Shown in pieces: positions 59,857 to 64,000 of a DNA stretch of 64,000 bases. This stretch comes from Candidatus Microgenomatus sp. GTDB taxonomy: Bacteria > Patescibacteriota > Microgenomatia > UBA8517. Location of the stretch: assembly GCA_020724555.1 (NCBI GenBank), contig DYGT01000001.1:65197-129196 (forward strand), written 5' to 3'. The translations under genes and the position numbers were made by a program. Below the pieces are notes generated by a model, which was not told the origin of the DNA, did not search any database, and worked only from the letters and a program-made list of their open reading frames with translations. Within the stretch, counting starts at the first letter, position 1; each line of letters opens with the position of its first letter.

Positions 59857-62800
59857 TTAGGGATGGCAGCTTAAATCGGTGGGGTACTTGGGCTGACAAC
59901 CGTTAAATATCGACGACATGGTTCTTGCGGTTTTGTCAGCATAACTTATGGCACTATTGTTTACGCTACAAGTTTCACTTGCTCCTTGCTGATAAACTCT
60001 GGAAAAAGTGCCTAAATTACAACCATCCTCAAAGCACTGACCATATGTGTTTGGATAATAATAAGGAAGACGTAGAAACCTGTTAAGTTGGGCTGCAAAG
60101 TTACCGGCTATAGACGGATCATTTATACCAAAGTCTTGCACTGTTTGGCTAGGTCTACTGGGATCGCAAGTGGTGATATTTGAGTTATAATTACTTGCGC
60201 CAGACTCTTGAATCCAAATAGCAAGCGTATAAATGGGATTTACTTGTGCCTCAAGCGACTTGCTGACAACGGTGTTATAACAGTATTCAACCAAACTATT
60301 TTCCCCTCCGGTTTCAACCCACCTTTTAGCCAGGTCAATAACGTTTTGTTTAAACACACCATCGTAGCCCGCGGGGATGGGTGCGTTCGGGTTACATTCA
60401 TCTGGTGTGGATTCGCACAAAACCCCCTCTCTATAATCGATATTTGAAGGTGGTGCTGTAGAAGATGGACACGCGATAGATTCAAAATAGTTATAGGCAG
60501 GGGCCAATGACTGTCCGATGGTTGATAAATTAATCCCTGCATCTTTTGGTCGCAGTGCCTTTTGAATACCCTTGAGGAAGTAATCGTAGATTGAGCCCAA
60601 ATGGGGAATATAAAGGCTGGCATTTGTTCCGGGACGACTTCTATTGGGATCACCGGCATTGGTTTCAGTAGCATTTGAGCTGTAGGATATTTTTGTGTCT
60701 GCAGGTATGTCTTTAATTTCCGTGACCGGCCGTCCCTCTCCAACTTTTGGGTAAATACGCTTAAATGTGGACATTTCACCATTTACATACCGCTCCCAAA
60801 GTTCTTCAATATTGGGAGTGTTTGTATAAAGGGAGAGTCCGGTAGACAACTCCACAGTACAGTTGCCATAACTGATACTTGGGATTGGTTCGCAACCTTG
60901 CGATACACATGCATCGCCGCCTGATTCGTGCCAAAAACCGTCGTCACCGCAAGTAAACTCGCGGCAATAGTCGCTTGCAGGTTCTGGTTGTAATCTGCAG
61001 GCAACGGCTCCGGGTGTGCTGCAGGTATAATCGGCTCCACTGCCGCCCGTTGTTTCTTGCCTTGGAAATGTACAAGTAAATTCTCCCGAATAAACAATAT
61101 TGCCTGTTAAGTGTGGGTTTTCGGGGTAATCGCCAAAAAGGTCGTCTCCTGGATTAGGGTTTCTGCTCTCCAGGGGTTCGCAAAAGTTTGTGTTATAACC
61201 TGCGGATTGTGTATTTTGGGGAATAAAATTGGAATCCACAAGCCATTTATTTTTTAGCTCGGTGTCAATGCCGGTCACATAAGTGCTTTGGATTAATGCT
61301 CCAAGTTCCGCTGTTTCCTGCATGTGGGGGAAAAATAAACTTTTGCTGTTTGTACCATCTTCGTCGTCGGGCACAAAAGATACTGTTTGATTTCTTAAGT
61401 CACTTGGAGGCTGCGTTTTGGCGCTCTGCATAGAAATTTGTCCAACCCTGTCTTCGGTAGAGGAATAGGGGATATTGTAAAAAAGCTCCCCCGGCCATTT
61501 AGGCAGTAGGTCCTCGCCCCCTGGATCAAAGCACCAGTAAACAAAACCCAAGCTTAAGCAAAAATCCCCGCGCCACTCTTTGTAAGCCATCCAATAGTCA
61601 GAAAAATTTTCGTAATTTTCTCTTAGTGGAGGCAGCTCTCCAACCCAATCGGTAAGTCTTTTGGTTTCCACTTTTACCTTTAAGTCTGGCGTTAACCAAT
61701 CTATGGCCGATCCAAAACTAACTTTGAGTTCGTCTAATTCATCAGAGGTGATCTCCATATCCCCATTTTCGTCTAGCTCTGGATAACAAGGACCGGGAGG
61801 ATTTGCATCCACATCTTTTCCTTTTGTAAAGCTGTCGGGGACAAGGTAATCCACAGGGCCCAAATTATTTAAAAAATTAAAGAAATCGCCTACGGTTGCT
61901 ATAGCATCAAAAAAAGAATTGTAGCCCTCTAGCTTGTATAAACACCCTACAATTTGGTTATGGCGTGGTCCGTTTTCGTCACTTTCTTTTTTGTTTTCCC
62001 CATCTTGGTTTATGTCTCCTCCCTCGGTTCTTTCTATCTCCTCTAACCTTTCTTTTGTTTGGACGTCTTTAGGAAGCATTTTGTTTAAGGGACCCGAGAA
62101 GTTTATCACCTCACCAGCCCTTTGCCGAAGAGTTTCGTAATCTTCGTCGCTTATCTCTTCCGGTTTCCCGGGATATTCTTCATAATAAACCGGCCGGTTT
62201 TCTTCTGCGCGGTAAACAGTGCCATTCATATACCAGCTTAAGTATTCGTTCATCCTTTGCGCATCTGTTAATGTCCCAAAAGGACGGTATTGGCTATTAT
62301 TAACATAAGGGCCTTGGGTCAAGCCTACGATGGGAAGCTCGGCAGTGCTTAAATCTACATCTACATGAATTTCGCGCTCATTAACTTCAAATTGACAAAC
62401 CATATTTCCGGCAATTTCTTCACAATCTTCCTTCAGGCTAATACCGGTGGGTAATGCACCTGCCCATGTGAGTTCAATTTTTTCTGTAGCTATTAAATCG
62501 TTTGCGCACATGGCGTAACTTACGGCTGGTTCGGGATTGCATGGGCTGGCTTGAAACGGCCGAAGTGAGTGAAAATCCATGTTGTCATAGACTTGATCAC
62601 AAGCTATATACGGAGGAGGGAATGGGTCTTTGTTTACGGGTATAGGAGGATGCGATATTGAACTGCAATTTTCTACATCTACTTCTGTGCCATCATGTTT
62701 AAATACTCTGCCTTCTATGTAGTACCACCACGTTTCACCAGTTTGACGTTTACCGTCGCAAATAGGAATGATTAAGGTTGTGGCCGTGGGCACATCCGAT

Positions 62801-63618
62801 GGTAGTTCGTGACTTTGGTACCATGCAACTTGTTCAGAAACGTCAGGGTTTTTACCAGGTTCCATACCCCAACCTTCAAAGTGTACAACAGGTGCACCAC
62901 ACATTTTTTCTTGCTGATATTGGTGAATATTAAGCCATGAATAGCGCCCGCCACCCACGGTGGGTTCGAGTTCAAAAATGTCTGACACATTTACATCTAC
63001 CCAGTCGCAAGTGTTTCCATAACTATTTCTATAACTTGTAAAGGCACTCATCCATGGATCTGCGTTATAGTTAGGGTTTCCCATAAATAAGTCCGGAGGT
63101 GCGGGTGCCAGAGGGTATGCATTATCTAAAGCAGCTGCAAATTTTATAAATTTATCTGCATAATGTCTGGCTGCGGTTTCAACCGAAACCCCCGGCTCGT
63201 TCCAAAACTCAGGGTCTAGATTGTTCATTTCGACCCCCAGAATTACAGCCTTTATTCCATTTGGAAATTCGCTCGGTCCAATTTCTTTCAACCGGAGAGC
63301 ATAATTGATAATTTCGGTATCTGGAGTGTTTGCGTCAATGTCTACACGTAAATAGATTGATGGATTCTGAGTTTTGTCGGTTATGGGGTTGAAAGGCTGG
63401 GTTTCTCCATGCCTTAAATAATTGATAACAGACACAACACCTGTGTAATTTTGTCTATAAACAACCGTATCGCCAGCTTTGGAAATTGCGAGCTCTGGAC
63501 CTATGGGATACACGCCACCCTGGGCTTTTACAGGAGTTTTGCTGTTTTGCCAAGACCTTCCCACCAAAAAAGAAATAGCTATCAAACTTAACAGAATTAC
63601 ATATTTTATCTTTAACAC
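59857..63618 (-). CDS. Large secreted protein (1253 aa) with Cys-rich segments and a C-terminal lysozyme-like domain
   Basis: Signal anchor; NP...LAIWIQESGAS...DFG near the C-terminus; GTG start 5 nt after TGCTAAAAT. Confidence 0.75.
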   Translation of the reverse strand: MLKIKYVILLSLIAISFLVGRSWQNSKTPVKAQGGVYPIGPELAISKAGDTVVYRQNYTGVVSVINYLRHGETQPFNPITDKTQNPSIYLRVDIDANTPDTEIINYALRLKEIGPSEFPNGIKAVILGVEMNNLDPEFWNEPGVSVETAARHYADKFIKFAAALDNAYPLAPAPPDLFMGNPNYNADPWMSAFTSYRNSYGNTCDWVDVNVSDIFELEPTVGGGRYSWLNIHQYQQEKMCGAPVVHFEGWGMEPGKNPDVSEQVAWYQSHELPSDVPTATTLIIPICDGKRQTGETWWYYIEGRVFKHDGTEVDVENCSSISHPPIPVNKDPFPPPYIACDQVYDNMDFHSLRPFQASPCNPEPAVSYAMCANDLIATEKIELTWAGALPTGISLKEDCEEIAGNMVCQFEVNEREIHVDVDLSTAELPIVGLTQGPYVNNSQYRPFGTLTDAQRMNEYLSWYMNGTVYRAEENRPVYYEEYPGKPEEISDEDYETLRQRAGEVINFSGPLNKMLPKDVQTKERLEEIERTEGGDINQDGENKKESDENGPRHNQIVGCLYKLEGYNSFFDAIATVGDFFNFLNNLGPVDYLVPDSFTKGKDVDANPPGPCYPELDENGDMEITSDELDELKVSFGSAIDWLTPDLKVKVETKRLTDWVGELPPLRENYENFSDYWMAYKEWRGDFCLSLGFVYWCFDPGGEDLLPKWPGELFYNIPYSSTEDRVGQISMQSAKTQPPSDLRNQTVSFVPDDEDGTNSKSLFFPHMQETAELGALIQSTYVTGIDTELKNKWLVDSNFIPQNTQSAGYNTNFCEPLESRNPNPGDDLFGDYPENPHLTGNIVYSGEFTCTFPRQETTGGSGADYTCSTPGAVACRLQPEPASDYCREFTCGDDGFWHESGGDACVSQGCEPIPSISYGNCTVELSTGLSLYTNTPNIEELWERYVNGEMSTFKRIYPKVGEGRPVTEIKDIPADTKISYSSNATETNAGDPNRSRPGTNASLYIPHLGSIYDYFLKGIQKALRPKDAGINLSTIGQSLAPAYNYFESIACPSSTAPPSNIDYREGVLCESTPDECNPNAPIPAGYDGVFKQNVIDLAKRWVETGGENSLVEYCYNTVVSKSLEAQVNPIYTLAIWIQESGASNYNSNITTCDPSRPSQTVQDFGINDPSIAGNFAAQLNRFLRLPYYYPNTYGQCFEDGCNLGTFSRVYQQGASETCSVNNSAISYADKTARTMSSIFNGCQPKYPTDLSCHP

Positions 63619-63655
63619 AGTCTATTTTAGCATTTAACTTAAATGAAGCTCAAAT

Positions 63656-63982
63656 CTATCTGTTAAGGTAAATGTTAAAGTTTCGAATAGCTCCTTGTCC
63701 TGTAAGGGCGGCAATAGTGTTTATGATTAAATAGGCCATAGCCGCAAAAGCAAGCCCTGCAATAGCCCAAGTAATGGCATTTTTAGCGGCCGCTGTTTTT
63801 TGCTGGTCGCCTCCTGAGGTTATAAATTTAAATCCACCAACAATAAGCATAAGAAAAAGGACGATTGCCAAAAGGGGAAGGGCAAACGTTAAAACGTTTG
63901 AAAATATTATTTCTAAATCTTTAAAGCTTGCAGGCTCATCCCCTGATATGTTTTGTGGTACTTGCGCATAAATTGTCTGCAT
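63656..63982 (-). CDS. VirB2/TrbC-like pilin
   Basis: Two TMs joined by GG.K.ITSGGD..K...AK..IT.AI.GL, the CPR pilin signature. Confidence 0.85.
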   Translation of the reverse strand: MQTIYAQVPQNISGDEPASFKDLEIIFSNVLTFALPLLAIVLFLMLIVGGFKFITSGGDQQKTAAAKNAITWAIAGLAFAAMAYLIINTIAALTGQGAIRNFNIYLNR

Positions 63983-64000
63983 ATATAAAAAGTTTATCCT

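Noticed and set aside
1410-63971. Numerous 60-200 aa ORFs antisense to or nested in real genes (e.g. 27145-27744, 30155-30580, 48979-49584, 60240-60782)
   Set aside because: Shadow frames of well-supported genes, with no protein motifs
1-64000. CRISPR array or cas genes
   Set aside because: No regularly spaced direct repeats or Cas motifs seen

Overview
Chromosomal window from a reduced-genome bacterium, most likely a Patescibacteria/CPR (Microgenomates-like) organism. This is inferred from gene content: DUF4012, DUF5667-like and PrgI/VirB4/VirB6/pilin genes, class II RNR, archaeal-type TIM, short ValRS/PGK and tRNA-Ile(UAU). The window spans the replication origin (jag-yidC-yidD-rnpA-rpmH <> dnaA-oriC-dnaN), with DnaA boxes and a DnaA-trio unwinding element. 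It also holds three tRNAs beside a Xer-like recombinase and tRNA-fragment relics, an NrdR-box-controlled nrdR-nrdJ-pduO block running into a VirD4-like ATPase, a lone RnlA-type HEPN gene, two class A PBPs, a compact pentose-phosphate/glycolysis cluster containing a LOG nucleosidase, CIRCE-groESL and vapBC. Right after dnaN begins a monoderm-conjugation-like T4SS cluster with large, variable, hydrolase-bearing proteins. Many genes appear leaderless. All family assignments come from motif recognition by eye; no database searches were run.
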